Virus record (IMG/VR): IMGVR_UViG_3300048560_000066
Span: 1-45,871 of that record
Reading direction: 5' to 3' (one strand)
Source of the DNA: a virus
Lineage: Duplodnaviria; Caudoviricetes
DNA length: 45,871 nucleotides
Shown here: positions 8,630 through 17,856 of the stretch, one piece after another
Position numbering within the stretch: the first letter of the stretch is position 1
Layout: each line of letters opens with the position of its first letter
The notes under the pieces: generated by a model
The model's input: only the letters and a program-made list of their open reading frames with translations
The model's database searches: none
Told to the model about the DNA's origin: nothing
Position numbers and translations under genes: made by a program

Positions 8630-8886
8630 AAGTCACCCGAGTCGATTTCAACTACGCCGTCCACCCGGCCGGCGTCAACGGCGGCATGCGCATGAGCGTC
8701 GGCACGCCGGACCTGAAGTTCGCCGAGAACCGCTCCATCTCCATCGCGAAGGTGGATGGCGCGGTTGGGGTCCTCTGCGACTTCGGCGCTCCCGAGCTCA
8801 CCTTCGTCCCCATGGCGAACGTGCGCTCCATCCGCGTCGAGCGCGGCTCGCCGAACCGGGCGGACAGCCCCACCAAAGAGAAGTAA
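8626..8886 (+). CDS. Hypothetical small beta-rich protein
   Basis: GAGGAG RBS, ATGA overlap. Confidence 0.7.
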   Translation: MKVTRVDFNYAVHPAGVNGGMRMSVGTPDLKFAENRSISIAKVDGAVGVLCDFGAPELTFVPMANVRSIRVERGSPNRADSPTKEK

Positions 8887-8892
8887 AGTCCG

Positions 8893-11355
8893 ATGGCGGC
8901 GGAGTTCACCGACCGGCAGGTCCTCGAGGAGGTGGCTCGGCGGGCGGCGCTCGCCGAGAAGACCGCCGCCTTGACCAAGGCCATCCTCGACGAGCTCTAC
9001 GACAAGCAGCGGGCCTTCGTCGAGGACAAGAGCCGGAACAAGGCCGCGGACTGCACCCGCCGCGCCGGGAAGACGATGATGTGGCCGCGGTACTGCACCG
9101 TCGAAGCCCTCCGGCGGAAGTGCCTCATTCGCATCTGGGGCATCAACCGCCTCCGGGCGAAGCAGCTCCTCTGGAAGGAGTTCAAGGAGCTGTTCGAACG
9201 GCACAAGCTCACGCCCTCGATGCACGAGACCGAGCTCGCCATCACCTTCACCAACGGCTCGGAGATCCGCCTCCTCGGCGCCGACAAGGACAAAGAGGCC
9301 CAGAAGAAGCGCGGCGACAAGACGGCGATGGAGGTGGTGCTCGAAGCCCAGCTGTTCGGCGGCTACCTCCGGACCCTCGTCGAGGACATCGCCGAGCCGT
9401 GCCTCTTCGACCTCCAGGGCACCTTCTGCCTCGAGGGCACGCCGGGACCGGTCTGCGGCGGGTATTGGTACTGCATCACCGGCGACGCGAAGGACGGAGT
9501 GACTCGGTGGGTCTCCGAGGGGAAGGACGTCCGGGTCGGCGACGAGACCGAGCGGGTCGGCGCGGGCTGGAGCTGTCACCGCTGGGGCGTGCTGGACAAC
9601 CCGTTCCTCCCCCACGCTCGCGAGGAGCTCGCGCTCCTCATGAAAAAGCGGAAGTGGACCAACGAGAGCCCGACCTACCTCCGGGAGTGGAAGGCGCTCT
9701 GGGTCACCGACCTCTCCGCGCTCTTCTACGCGTACGACGAGCTCCGGAACTCCTTCACCCTGGCGGAGGTGCAGCCCTGGGGGCCTGGGTGGATGCACTC
9801 GCTCGGGTGGGACCTCGGTTCCCGGGACGACATGGCGCTCGTGGTCTGGGCCTGGCACCCGACCCTCCCCTTCGTGTACGAGGCGTTCAGCTGGAAGAAG
9901 AAGGGCGCCCTGAGCGCGGAGATCATGGGGCAGATCGAAGCCCTCGAGAAGCGCGGCTTCAACATCGTCAAGAAAGCGGCCGACACCCAGGGCGGCGGGA
10001 AGATGTTCGTCGAAGAGGTGATGTCGCGCTACTCGCAAGTTTTCGAGCCGGCGAAGAAGGGCGACAAGCCGGGCCACGTGCAGCTGTTCAACGAGGACCT
10101 GCGCCGCGGCTTCGTCAAGCTCCAGCGCGGCTCCGAGCTCGCCGAGGAGATGGCGGTCCTCACCAAAGACCCGGACTGGATTCAGGACCTCCTCGACCCG
10201 AAGCCGCCGCCGGAGAACCCGGGGCAACCGAACCACGCCTGCTTCGTCGCCGGGACGCTCGTCGAGACGGCGCGCGGTGCGGTCCCCATCGAACAGGTCC
10301 GGGTCGGTGACCTGGCGCTGACCCGCGAGGGCTTCCGCCCCGTGGTCAAGGCGGCCCCGACGGGGGTCAAGTCGGTCATTCGCCGGCTCGGGCTGACCGG
10401 GACGGCGGATCATCCCGTCTGGACGGAGAACCGCGGATGGGTGCGACTTGACAGTGTTCGCGGGTCTGATATAGCGTTGTATCTATGCAACCAACCGTCG
10501 TCGAGTGGAACGGCAAGCGCTGGTATCGATACCCCGACTCTGAGCGGAGATCCGATCGCGTCTACTACAAGCGGTCCAACTGGCCCGGCAAGCCGCAGTG
10601 GCTCCACCGGGCCATCTGGGAAGCGCAGCACGGACCCATCCCGCCCAAGCACCACATCCACCACCGAGACGAGGACACCTTCAACAACGCCGTCGAGAAC
10701 CTCGAGTGCCGGCTCGGAGCAGAGCATCTCTCCGAGCACGGGCGAGAGCGCTGGACGCGGGACCCTGCGAGCGCGTCTCGAGGACTCGAGGCCGCGCGCA
10801 AGCTCGCCCCCGAGTGGCATCGCTCCCCCGCCGGTCGCGCCTGGCACGTCGAGCACGGTCGACAGGTCATGGCCGAGCGTCCACTCCACGACTGCCGATG
10901 CATCGTCTGCGGTGGGGCCTTCCGCTCCAAAGTGGCAGGCGCTGCGGTGTGTAGTCCTCGATGCCACGCTGCGAAGCGGCGCGCCAGCGGGCTCGACGAT
11001 ATTGACCGGGCCTGCGACGTCTGCGGCGGCGCCTTCCGGGTCAACAAGTACGCGAAGCAACGAGTCTGCTCCCGAGCGTGCAGTCGTCTACGCGCTGACC
11101 GTCGCTGATCAGCACGAGTACTTCGCGAACGGCGTTCTCGTCTCGAACTGCGATGCGGCCCTCTACGCCTGGCGCGCGGCGCTGCACTTCCTTCACGAGC
11201 TGCCCGAGGAGCCGGTCGAGCGCGACTCGCCCGCGTTCGTCGCCGCGCTCGAGAAGCGCTTCGAGGAGCTTGTCGAGGCACGCGACCAGGAGAAGGCGAC
11301 CGGGCGCCCGTGGTGGGAGCCGGCCGAGGACTTCGGCGAGCAGGAGATCCTGTGA
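8893..11355 (+). CDS. terL: Terminase large subunit precursor with intein (820 aa, ~517 aa spliced)
   Basis: LYDKQ Q-motif, CTRRAGKT Walker A, VVLEAQ Walker B-like, EGTP, GWDLG nuclease Asp, spliced junction PNHA|CDAALYAWR. Confidence 0.92.
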   Translation: MAAEFTDRQVLEEVARRAALAEKTAALTKAILDELYDKQRAFVEDKSRNKAADCTRRAGKTMMWPRYCTVEALRRKCLIRIWGINRLRAKQLLWKEFKELFERHKLTPSMHETELAITFTNGSEIRLLGADKDKEAQKKRGDKTAMEVVLEAQLFGGYLRTLVEDIAEPCLFDLQGTFCLEGTPGPVCGGYWYCITGDAKDGVTRWVSEGKDVRVGDETERVGAGWSCHRWGVLDNPFLPHAREELALLMKKRKWTNESPTYLREWKALWVTDLSALFYAYDELRNSFTLAEVQPWGPGWMHSLGWDLGSRDDMALVVWAWHPTLPFVYEAFSWKKKGALSAEIMGQIEALEKRGFNIVKKAADTQGGGKMFVEEVMSRYSQVFEPAKKGDKPGHVQLFNEDLRRGFVKLQRGSELAEEMAVLTKDPDWIQDLLDPKPPPENPGQPNHACFVAGTLVETARGAVPIEQVRVGDLALTREGFRPVVKAAPTGVKSVIRRLGLTGTADHPVWTENRGWVRLDSVRGSDIALYLCNQPSSSGTASAGIDTPTLSGDPIASTTSGPTGPASRSGSTGPSGKRSTDPSRPSTTSTTETRTPSTTPSRTSSAGSEQSISPSTGESAGRGTLRARLEDSRPRASSPPSGIAPPPVAPGTSSTVDRSWPSVHSTTADASSAVGPSAPKWQALRCVVLDATLRSGAPAGSTILTGPATSAAAPSGSTSTRSNESAPERAVVYALTVADQHEYFANGVLVSNCDAALYAWRAALHFLHELPEEPVERDSPAFVAALEKRFEELVEARDQEKATGRPWWEPAEDFGEQEIL
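10448..10477 (+). promoter_or_regulatory. Internal promoter for the overprinted HNH gene, leaderless
   Basis: TTGACA(10448)-N18-TAGCGT-N7-ATG(10485) in a locally AT-rich patch of the intein coding sequence. Confidence 0.65.
10485..11108 (+). CDS. HNH homing endonuclease with two C-terminal Cys4 zinc fingers, in a different frame inside the intein
   Basis: LHRAIWEAQHGPIPPKHHIHHRDEDTFNNAVENLE HNH motif; CIVC...CSPRC and CDVC...CSRAC. Confidence 0.9.
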   Translation: MQPTVVEWNGKRWYRYPDSERRSDRVYYKRSNWPGKPQWLHRAIWEAQHGPIPPKHHIHHRDEDTFNNAVENLECRLGAEHLSEHGRERWTRDPASASRGLEAARKLAPEWHRSPAGRAWHVEHGRQVMAERPLHDCRCIVCGGAFRSKVAGAAVCSPRCHAAKRRASGLDDIDRACDVCGGAFRVNKYAKQRVCSRACSRLRADRR

Positions 11356-11357
11356 AG

Positions 11358-11531
11358 ATGCCCGCCTCAGACCGAGCGATGCTCGACTTCATCGTAGCGC
11401 TCCGCGAGCGCGGCGTACTCCAATTCACCCTCGGCCCGATGCAGGTCGTCCTCAAGCCGCTTCCCGAGACGTCGAAACACCGCCCCAGACGCCGAAAGAA
11501 AATCGGCTTCGCTACGGAGAAATCAAAATGA
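11358..11531 (+). CDS. Small hypothetical protein
   Basis: AGGAG RBS; FIVALRERGVLQF resembles the next gene. Confidence 0.55.
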   Translation: MPASDRAMLDFIVALRERGVLQFTLGPMQVVLKPLPETSKHRPRRRKKIGFATEKSK

Positions 11532-11833
11532 CCCCCGCCCCTCCCCCGCCGCCCCCGCCGCCTCCCCCCGAAATCGAGGAGACCATCGCCGCGCTCGACC
11601 CGCTCATCACGTTCCTGCGCCGCCGCGGCGTCGTCACCTACAAGGACAACGGGTTGACCCTCACCATCTTGCCGAACGAGCCGGTTGTCGTCGAGCCGGT
11701 GCTCGAGCCCGCACCGGAGCCGGCGGTAAAGGAAGTTGACAAGTCGGCGGAGCCGGAGAAGCTCGGTAAGGACGGGCTCTCGCAGGAGATGCAGGCGGAG
11801 CTGTACGGGCGCCCCATGCCCGACTGGGAGTGA
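11528..11833 (+). CDS. Hypothetical protein with poly-Pro N-terminus
   Basis: GGAG RBS, ATGA overlap; LITFLRRRGVVTY. Confidence 0.6.
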   Translation: MTPAPPPPPPPPPPEIEETIAALDPLITFLRRRGVVTYKDNGLTLTILPNEPVVVEPVLEPAPEPAVKEVDKSAEPEKLGKDGLSQEMQAELYGRPMPDWE

Positions 11834-11834
11834 C

Positions 11835-13820
11835 GTGGACTACACCGACGCCAAGGTCTACAGCTCGGAGACGGCCGCCAAGCGGGCGAAGGCCTCGGCG
11901 GTCGGCGGTGACGCGAGCTGGTGGAACTGCGAGACGCCGGAGGAGCGCCACAAGAGCCTCATCACCTTCGTGAAGCAGCTCGAGACCGACTCGCAAGACC
12001 GCGCGCAGGCAAACCTTCGGTACGCCCGGCTCTACGAAAACGTCGAGCTCGAGACGATGAACGACTTCGCCGGGGCCATCGTCCGCCAGACGCTCCTCGG
12101 CCGCGGCATCGTGCGGATGAACGTCATCGCCGCGTGCTGCGACACCCTGGCGGCGAAGGTCACCAAGAACAAGCCGCGGCCCCAGTTCCAGACGTCGGGC
12201 GGGAGCTGGGACGCGCAGATGAAGGGTCGCCGGCTGAACAAGTTCGGCATCGGCCTGTTCTACGAGCTCAAGGCGCACGAGCTCCTCAAGGAGAGCTTCG
12301 ACGACGCCGAGGTCTTCGGCACCGGGCTCACCTTCCTCTACATGGACCGGGAGACGAAGCGCCTCTGCGGAGAGCGCGTCATCCCCGACGAGATTTTCGT
12401 CGAGAACGCGGACGCCCAGTACGGGAAACCCGCGTCGATGTACCGGCGCAAGCGCGTCGCTCGCGAGCGGCTCATCGAGATGTTCCCCGGCGCCGCGGAG
12501 GCGCTGATGCGCAAGGGCGAGGAGCCCATCTCGCTTGGCGCGGCGAGCGCGAAGGCTCGGACGCCGATGCTCACCGTGTGGGAAGCGTGGCATCTCCCCT
12601 GCGGCAAGCGCGCGGGGTGCCACGTCATCGCCGTCGACGGCGCCGAGCTGTTCAGCGAGCCGTGGAAGCTGAAGCGCTTCCCCTTCGTCGTGCAGCGCTT
12701 CAAGAAGCGCAAGAAGGGCTTCTGGGGGAAGGGCATCGCCGAGGCGCTCACCGGGCTCCAGCTCGAGCTCAACCGGCTGCTGAACTCCATCTCCGAGCAG
12801 CTCCGCCGCAAAGGCCGCGGGCGCATCTTCGTCCAGAAGGGGACGAGCGTCACCCCGAGCCACCTCACCAACGGCATCGCCGACATCGTCAACTACGTCG
12901 GCACCCCGCCGCAGGTCGACAACCAGAACGCGGTCGCGCAGGAGGAGTTCAACGAGGTCGACCGGCTGTACCAGCGCGCCTTCCAAGAGGTTGGCATCTC
13001 CGAGCTCAGCGCGAGCGCGAAGAAGCCTTCGGGACTCGACGCGGCGGTGGCGCTCCGGGAGTTCTCGGACATCGAGAGCGAGCGCTTCGCCCTCACCCAC
13101 CAGGACTGGGAGAACGCTCACCTCGACCTGATGAACCTGGCGCTCGACCTCATCGACGCGTACGGGAACCAGGGCTACAAGGTTCGGCTCCCGAACAAGC
13201 GCTACTTCAAGGAAATCGACTACGCGGAGATCAAGCTCGCCCGCGACAGCTACACGATGCAGGTCTTCCCCGTGTCGAGCCTGCCGCAGACCCCCGGCGC
13301 CCGGTATCAGAAGGTCGTCGAGTCGATGCAGGACGGCTTCATCGACAAGGCGACCGCGAGCCGACTCCTCGACTACCCCGACATCGAAGCGGAGATGAAC
13401 CTCGGGAACGCCGCGCGCGACGACGTCGACTACGTCATCTCCGCCATCCTCGACGAGCCCGAGCCGAAGCTCATGCCGGTCGAGCCGTACCAGAACCTCC
13501 CGCTCCTGGTCGAGCGCGCGACCGCGGCGTACCTCTTCGCCCGGCACCACGACTGCCCCGAGGAGCGGCTCGAGCTCCTTCGCCAGCTCATCGACGACGC
13601 GGCCGCGGCGCTCCAGGCCGCGACTCAACCCCCTGCCCTCCCCGGGGCGCCTGCCGGTCCTCCGCCTTCGGGCGCACCGCCCGGCGGTCCCCCGGGGATG
13701 GGCGCCCCTCCCATGCTTCCCGCCGGAGGGCCCCCGATGGGCGCCCGCATCGGCGGGGACATCACCGTCAACGCTGCACCTCCCGTGCAGCCCGTAGCCG
13801 GCCCGGTCGTCGCCGGCTGA
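11835..13820 (+). CDS. Portal protein
   Basis: ~660 aa between TerL and scaffold, GFWGKGIAEALTGLQLELN motif, Pro/Gly-rich tail; start set at GTG 11835 after GGGAG. Confidence 0.85.
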   Translation: MDYTDAKVYSSETAAKRAKASAVGGDASWWNCETPEERHKSLITFVKQLETDSQDRAQANLRYARLYENVELETMNDFAGAIVRQTLLGRGIVRMNVIAACCDTLAAKVTKNKPRPQFQTSGGSWDAQMKGRRLNKFGIGLFYELKAHELLKESFDDAEVFGTGLTFLYMDRETKRLCGERVIPDEIFVENADAQYGKPASMYRRKRVARERLIEMFPGAAEALMRKGEEPISLGAASAKARTPMLTVWEAWHLPCGKRAGCHVIAVDGAELFSEPWKLKRFPFVVQRFKKRKKGFWGKGIAEALTGLQLELNRLLNSISEQLRRKGRGRIFVQKGTSVTPSHLTNGIADIVNYVGTPPQVDNQNAVAQEEFNEVDRLYQRAFQEVGISELSASAKKPSGLDAAVALREFSDIESERFALTHQDWENAHLDLMNLALDLIDAYGNQGYKVRLPNKRYFKEIDYAEIKLARDSYTMQVFPVSSLPQTPGARYQKVVESMQDGFIDKATASRLLDYPDIEAEMNLGNAARDDVDYVISAILDEPEPKLMPVEPYQNLPLLVERATAAYLFARHHDCPEERLELLRQLIDDAAAALQAATQPPALPGAPAGPPPSGAPPGGPPGMGAPPMLPAGGPPMGARIGGDITVNAAPPVQPVAGPVVAG

Positions 13821-13835
13821 GAAAGGTAGTACCCC

Positions 13836-14774
13836 ATGCCCGAAGTCACCCCAGTACCGCGGAGCGAGCGAGTCGCCGCGGCCATCAAAGACGCAGTCGC
13901 GAGAGATTCCGCACAGAAGGGGGGCTCCGAGCCCGCGCCCGCGGCGGCGCAGGTGAAGCCTGCCGGCACGCCCGAAGTCCCCGCGGAGAAGAAGTCCGTC
14001 GAGGACCGCTCGTTCGAGCGGCTCGCGAAGGAAGCGGCGGCGCTCCGCCAGCGGGGCGAGAAGTACAAGAACTACGAGACCCTCGAGACGAAGCTCCCGC
14101 CCGGCTCGCTCGACGCGCTCGCGAAGGCGAAGCTCGCGAACGACCCCGAGGCGGCGCTCGTCGCGCTCGGCTGGAGCTACGCGGACATCGCCGAGCGCCA
14201 GCTGGGGAAGGCAGCCGAACCCGAGGACGGTGAGGCGGCAAAGAAGCCCGCGGGTGGCGGCAAAGAGCGCCCCGAGCTCCCGCCGGAGGTCGCGTCAGCG
14301 CTCGCTGCGGTGGAGGAGCTGAAGGCCGAGCGCGACGCGCGGAACGCCGCGGCCAGCGAGGCGGAGGCGCGCTCGAAGATCAAGGAAGGCATCAAGGGCA
14401 AGTTCCCGCTCGTCGAAGCGCTGGAGCGCGATGGCAAGGTGGCGGACTACCTCGTCGATTTCTGGAAGAAGACCGGCCGCGGCCCCGGCGAGACCTTCGA
14501 GGAGTCGGTCGAGCTCGCCGCCATCGCGGTCGAGAAGGACCTCGCGAAGGAAAAGGAGGTCTGGCGGAAGGTTTTCGAGGGAGAAAAACTTGACACTTCC
14601 GGAAAGTCTCCTACCGTCGGCGGTGAGGCACAGGACGCCTCGGCCGGAGCAGGTTCCCCGGGCAAGACCCTGACGAACGAGATGTCGTCGGGCGGCACGA
14701 AACCCACTCCCAAAACGCGGGCCGAGATCCTCAAGGCTCTCGAGAACGACCCGCGAGCCTGGTCGAGCGACTAA
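13836..14774 (+). CDS. Capsid scaffolding protein
   Basis: Charged, helical E/K/A-rich protein between portal and capsid; GAAAGG RBS. Confidence 0.7.
   Translation: MPEVTPVPRSERVAAAIKDAVARDSAQKGGSEPAPAAAQVKPAGTPEVPAEKKSVEDRSFERLAKEAAALRQRGEKYKNYETLETKLPPGSLDALAKAKLANDPEAALVALGWSYADIAERQLGKAAEPEDGEAAKKPAGGGKERPELPPEVASALAAVEELKAERDARNAAASEAEARSKIKEGIKGKFPLVEALERDGKVADYLVDFWKKTGRGPGETFEESVELAAIAVEKDLAKEKEVWRKVFEGEKLDTSGKSPTVGGEAQDASAGAGSPGKTLTNEMSSGGTKPTPKTRAEILKALENDPRAWSSD
14590..14617 (+). promoter_or_regulatory. Possible internal promoter for the capsid gene
   Basis: A-tract then TTGACA-N16-TACCGT ~190 nt upstream of the capsid start. Confidence 0.45.
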
Positions 14775-14804
14775 GCGTCCCTCGGCCATAGCCGAGGCAC
14801 ACAC

Positions 14805-16028
14805 ATGTCCGTTACTACGACCACCATCGCCTACCTGCTGAAGCAGGTCTACCGCGACATCGCCGAGACGGTCTTCAAGGACCGCCCCCTCCTGGCCATG
14901 CTCTCGAAGCAGGGCGGCTTCACCGGCTCGGCGATGCTGCACGCCATTCGGTTCCGCGACACGCTCGCCCGGTCGCCCACCTTCACGACCGCGCAGACCA
15001 ACGCCGCGACCTCGCTGGGCGCGACTCTGGGCGTGCAGTTCACCGTCCCTCGCGTCAAGAACTACCAGCTGTACATCCTGGAGACCGAGGCCATCCTCGC
15101 GTCCCGCGATGACAAGGGCTCGTTCCTCCGCGGGCTCACCACCGAGGTCGACTCGGCGCTGAACAACGTCGCGAACGACGTCGCGAAGGACCTCTACGGC
15201 GCCGGCATGGGCGTCCGGGCGTCCGGCATCACCATCTCTTCGACGACCATCACCGTCGGCGAGTCGGTCTCGAACTTCGAGAAGGGCATGGTCATCGTGA
15301 CCGCGGCCTCGGCGACCGGCGCGCTCCGCAACTCCGGCACCGGCCAGACCATCACCGTGGTCGACCGCTCGGCCGGCACCATCGTGGTCGACGCGAACAC
15401 CGACACCATCACCAACGGCGACTTCCTGTTCGAGAAGGGCGACCGTGGAACCGGCGCCTCGCCGACTCCGCTGAAGCTGGCGGGCATGGACGCCTGGTGC
15501 CCCGCCTCCGTGGCGAGCTCGGGCGACTCCTTCATGGGCGTCGATCGGTACGCGCAGGGCGACATCGCGCGCCTCGCCGGCCTCACCATCGACTGCTCGG
15601 CGCTGAACCCCGAGGAGGGCCTGGTCACCGCGCTGGCGCTGTCCTCGCGCGAGGGCGTGGCTCCTCCGGTGTGCTTCACCTCGTTCACCGACGTGAAGAA
15701 CATCCAGATGGCGCTCGGCTCGAAGGCCGTCACCGAGTACATGGACGTCGCCGGCATCGGCTTCTCCACCGTGCGCGTGACCGGTCCCAAGGGCGACGTT
15801 CGAGTGATGGCCGACCAGTTCGCGCCTCCGGGCATCTGGCGCTTCATCACCCCGAGCACCTGGACCCTGCGGCACGCAGGTGACCTGTTCAACGTGCTCG
15901 ACCTTGACGGTGCGCCGCTGAGCCGGGTGTACAACTCGGACGCGTGGGAGGGCCGGGTGGGCTTCTACGGCAACCTCTTCTGCGACGATCCGCACAAGAA
16001 CCTCCGCGCCATCGCCCCGACCTCGTAA
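14805..16028 (+). CDS. Major capsid protein
   Basis: 407 aa after scaffold, strong GC3 codon bias, followed by GC hairpin 16052-16078. Confidence 0.85.
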   Translation: MSVTTTTIAYLLKQVYRDIAETVFKDRPLLAMLSKQGGFTGSAMLHAIRFRDTLARSPTFTTAQTNAATSLGATLGVQFTVPRVKNYQLYILETEAILASRDDKGSFLRGLTTEVDSALNNVANDVAKDLYGAGMGVRASGITISSTTITVGESVSNFEKGMVIVTAASATGALRNSGTGQTITVVDRSAGTIVVDANTDTITNGDFLFEKGDRGTGASPTPLKLAGMDAWCPASVASSGDSFMGVDRYAQGDIARLAGLTIDCSALNPEEGLVTALALSSREGVAPPVCFTSFTDVKNIQMALGSKAVTEYMDVAGIGFSTVRVTGPKGDVRVMADQFAPPGIWRFITPSTWTLRHAGDLFNVLDLDGAPLSRVYNSDAWEGRVGFYGNLFCDDPHKNLRAIAPTS

Positions 16029-16102
16029 GCCGTCGCAGTCCAACCCTTCCTCGGCGCGGGAGTAGTCGGCCCGCGCCGGGCTCCACCTGGAGACAAGACC
16101 AC

Positions 16103-16489
16103 ATGGGTGCTCGCACTCTCATCGGAAAGCAGTACACTCTCGAGCGGGACGTCGTCCGGCTCTACGGTATGGGCATCGGCGCAGGCGCCGCGAACCTCAC
16201 TGGCGTCAAGGGCAAGGGCATCACGTCCATCGTCCGGACCGGCGTCGGCGCCCACACCATCACGCTCGCGAACAAGTGGAACGGATTCCTCAACTTCGCC
16301 GCCTGCATCGTCGACACGACCACCCCCGACGACTGGGAGGTGACGCTGGTCGAGGAGCTGGTCGCGACGTCCAAGACCATCAAAATCGCCATCTTCAAGG
16401 GCGGGACCGCGGCCGAGCTCACCACCGACGAGCTGATCAAGTTCGAAATCGTCCTGTCGAACACCGCGCAGAAGCCGACGGGGTACTAA
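16103..16489 (+). CDS. Virion protein, capsid decoration-like
   Basis: GGAG RBS before ATG 16103; beta-rich; paralogue of next gene. Confidence 0.65.
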   Translation: MGARTLIGKQYTLERDVVRLYGMGIGAGAANLTGVKGKGITSIVRTGVGAHTITLANKWNGFLNFAACIVDTTTPDDWEVTLVEELVATSKTIKIAIFKGGTAAELTTDELIKFEIVLSNTAQKPTGY

Positions 16490-16490
16490 C

Positions 16491-17141
16491 ATGGGCCTCG
16501 GGAACGCACACGCGGGGACCGGCATCAACCGGGCCTTCGAATCGCCCGTCTGCCTCTTCGGGAAGGCGCTCGGCTCGACCGACACCTACGTCCTCATCGT
16601 CGACGGCATCGCCAGTCTCGACCCCGTGACCGGGACCCCGTTCGTCGTCGGGGAAACCGTCACCGGGGTCACCTCGACTGCAACCGCGGTCGTGACCGCC
16701 GTAGAGGACCTCTCCGCGACGTCGCAGCGGCTTACTATCGGGACGCTCTCCGGCTCCTTCCAAAACAACGAAGCCATCGAGGGCGGCGATATTGGCGTCG
16801 GCGTTGTGGATGGCGTCGAACAGCTCGCGCTCGCGTCCGTGAAGGGGAAGGGCATCGCTCGCATCATCCCCCTGTCGAGCGCGACCGGCGGCGGCACGGG
16901 CCGGTACGAGATTCGGCTGAACGACGCGTGGCGCGGGCTCCTGGTCGCGAAGTTCAACGTCATCGACGCGACCTCGGCGGACGACTGGGAAGTCACGATT
17001 CAGGCCCAGACCGTCGCAACTACGAAGCTCATCACCATCTACGTCTTCAAGGGCGGCGCGGTGACCAGCCTCACCGGGGACGACACGCTCACCTTCGAGC
17101 TCGTCCTCGCGCTCGACAAGACCGCACCCGCGGGGTTCTAA
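16491..17141 (+). CDS. Virion protein, paralogue of 16103-16489 with an inserted domain
   Basis: Shared VKGKGI...W.G.L...DDWEVT...VAT.K.I.I..FKGG...FE.VL. Confidence 0.7.
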   Translation: MGLGNAHAGTGINRAFESPVCLFGKALGSTDTYVLIVDGIASLDPVTGTPFVVGETVTGVTSTATAVVTAVEDLSATSQRLTIGTLSGSFQNNEAIEGGDIGVGVVDGVEQLALASVKGKGIARIIPLSSATGGGTGRYEIRLNDAWRGLLVAKFNVIDATSADDWEVTIQAQTVATTKLITIYVFKGGAVTSLTGDDTLTFELVLALDKTAPAGF

Positions 17142-17144
17142 GCC

Positions 17145-17819
17145 ATGGCCGCGGTGACGCTCACCACGCTCCGCTCGCTGGTCCGCGAGCGGGCGGACAT
17201 GGTCGGGTCGACGTTCATCGCCGACTCGGCGACCGGGCTCGACCGGTGGATCAACGAAGCCGGCCAGTGCCTTCACGGCTACCTCGTAGACGCGCTCGGC
17301 GACGAGTACGTGGAGAGTTCGAGCGCGCTCACCCTGGTCGCCGGCACCACCAACTACAACCTCCCCTCCGACTTCTACAAGCTCTACGAGGTCGACCTCA
17401 CGCTCAGCGGCACGCTGCGAACGCTCACCCGGTACAACCGCGCCGAGCGGAACATGCTCACCACGCGCATCGCCTCGTGGCAGGAGGTGCCGCAGTACAT
17501 GCTCGCCGGCTCGACGATTCGTATCCTCCCGACGCCCCAGGCCGCGGCGTCCGGGACGATTCGGTACGCGCCCGCGTTCACCACGTTGACCAACGGCTCG
17601 GACACGTGCAATTTCCCCAACGGCTGGGAGAAGTACATCATCGTCTCGGCGGCGATTCAGGCGCTCATGAAGGAGGAGAGCGACGTGCGAGACCTGCGCG
17701 TCGAGTTCCAGGACTTCGAGGCGAAGCTCCGCGCGATGAAGGAGGACCGCGACCTCCAATTCCCGGTCCAGGCGGTTGACCTCGACGCCGTCGACTTCGC
17801 GAACAACTGGAGGTGGTGA
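17145..17819 (+). CDS. Head-tail adaptor / tail tubular A-like protein
   Basis: TLTTLRSLVRERAD...WINEA...LVAGTTNYNLPSDF pattern and position. Confidence 0.75.
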   Translation: MAAVTLTTLRSLVRERADMVGSTFIADSATGLDRWINEAGQCLHGYLVDALGDEYVESSSALTLVAGTTNYNLPSDFYKLYEVDLTLSGTLRTLTRYNRAERNMLTTRIASWQEVPQYMLAGSTIRILPTPQAAASGTIRYAPAFTTLTNGSDTCNFPNGWEKYIIVSAAIQALMKEESDVRDLRVEFQDFEAKLRAMKEDRDLQFPVQAVDLDAVDFANNWRW

Positions 17820-17856
17820 TGTCGTGCCTCGCAAGTGGCACTTCGTCCGGCTGATC

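Larger units (their letters stand above)
10240..11148 (+). mobile_element. Intein (303 aa) in the TerL nuclease domain
   Basis: Block A CFVAGTLVET, block B LTGTADHPVWT, block F VYALTVADQHEYFANG, block G VLVSN then Cys+1. Confidence 0.93.

Noticed and set aside
6797-11741. Other TTGACA hexamers (6797, 11736) as promoters
   Set aside because: No acceptable -10 element at 16-18 nt spacing.
16052-16078. Intrinsic terminator after the capsid gene
   Set aside because: Strong hairpin but no U-tract; more likely an mRNA-stabilising stem.
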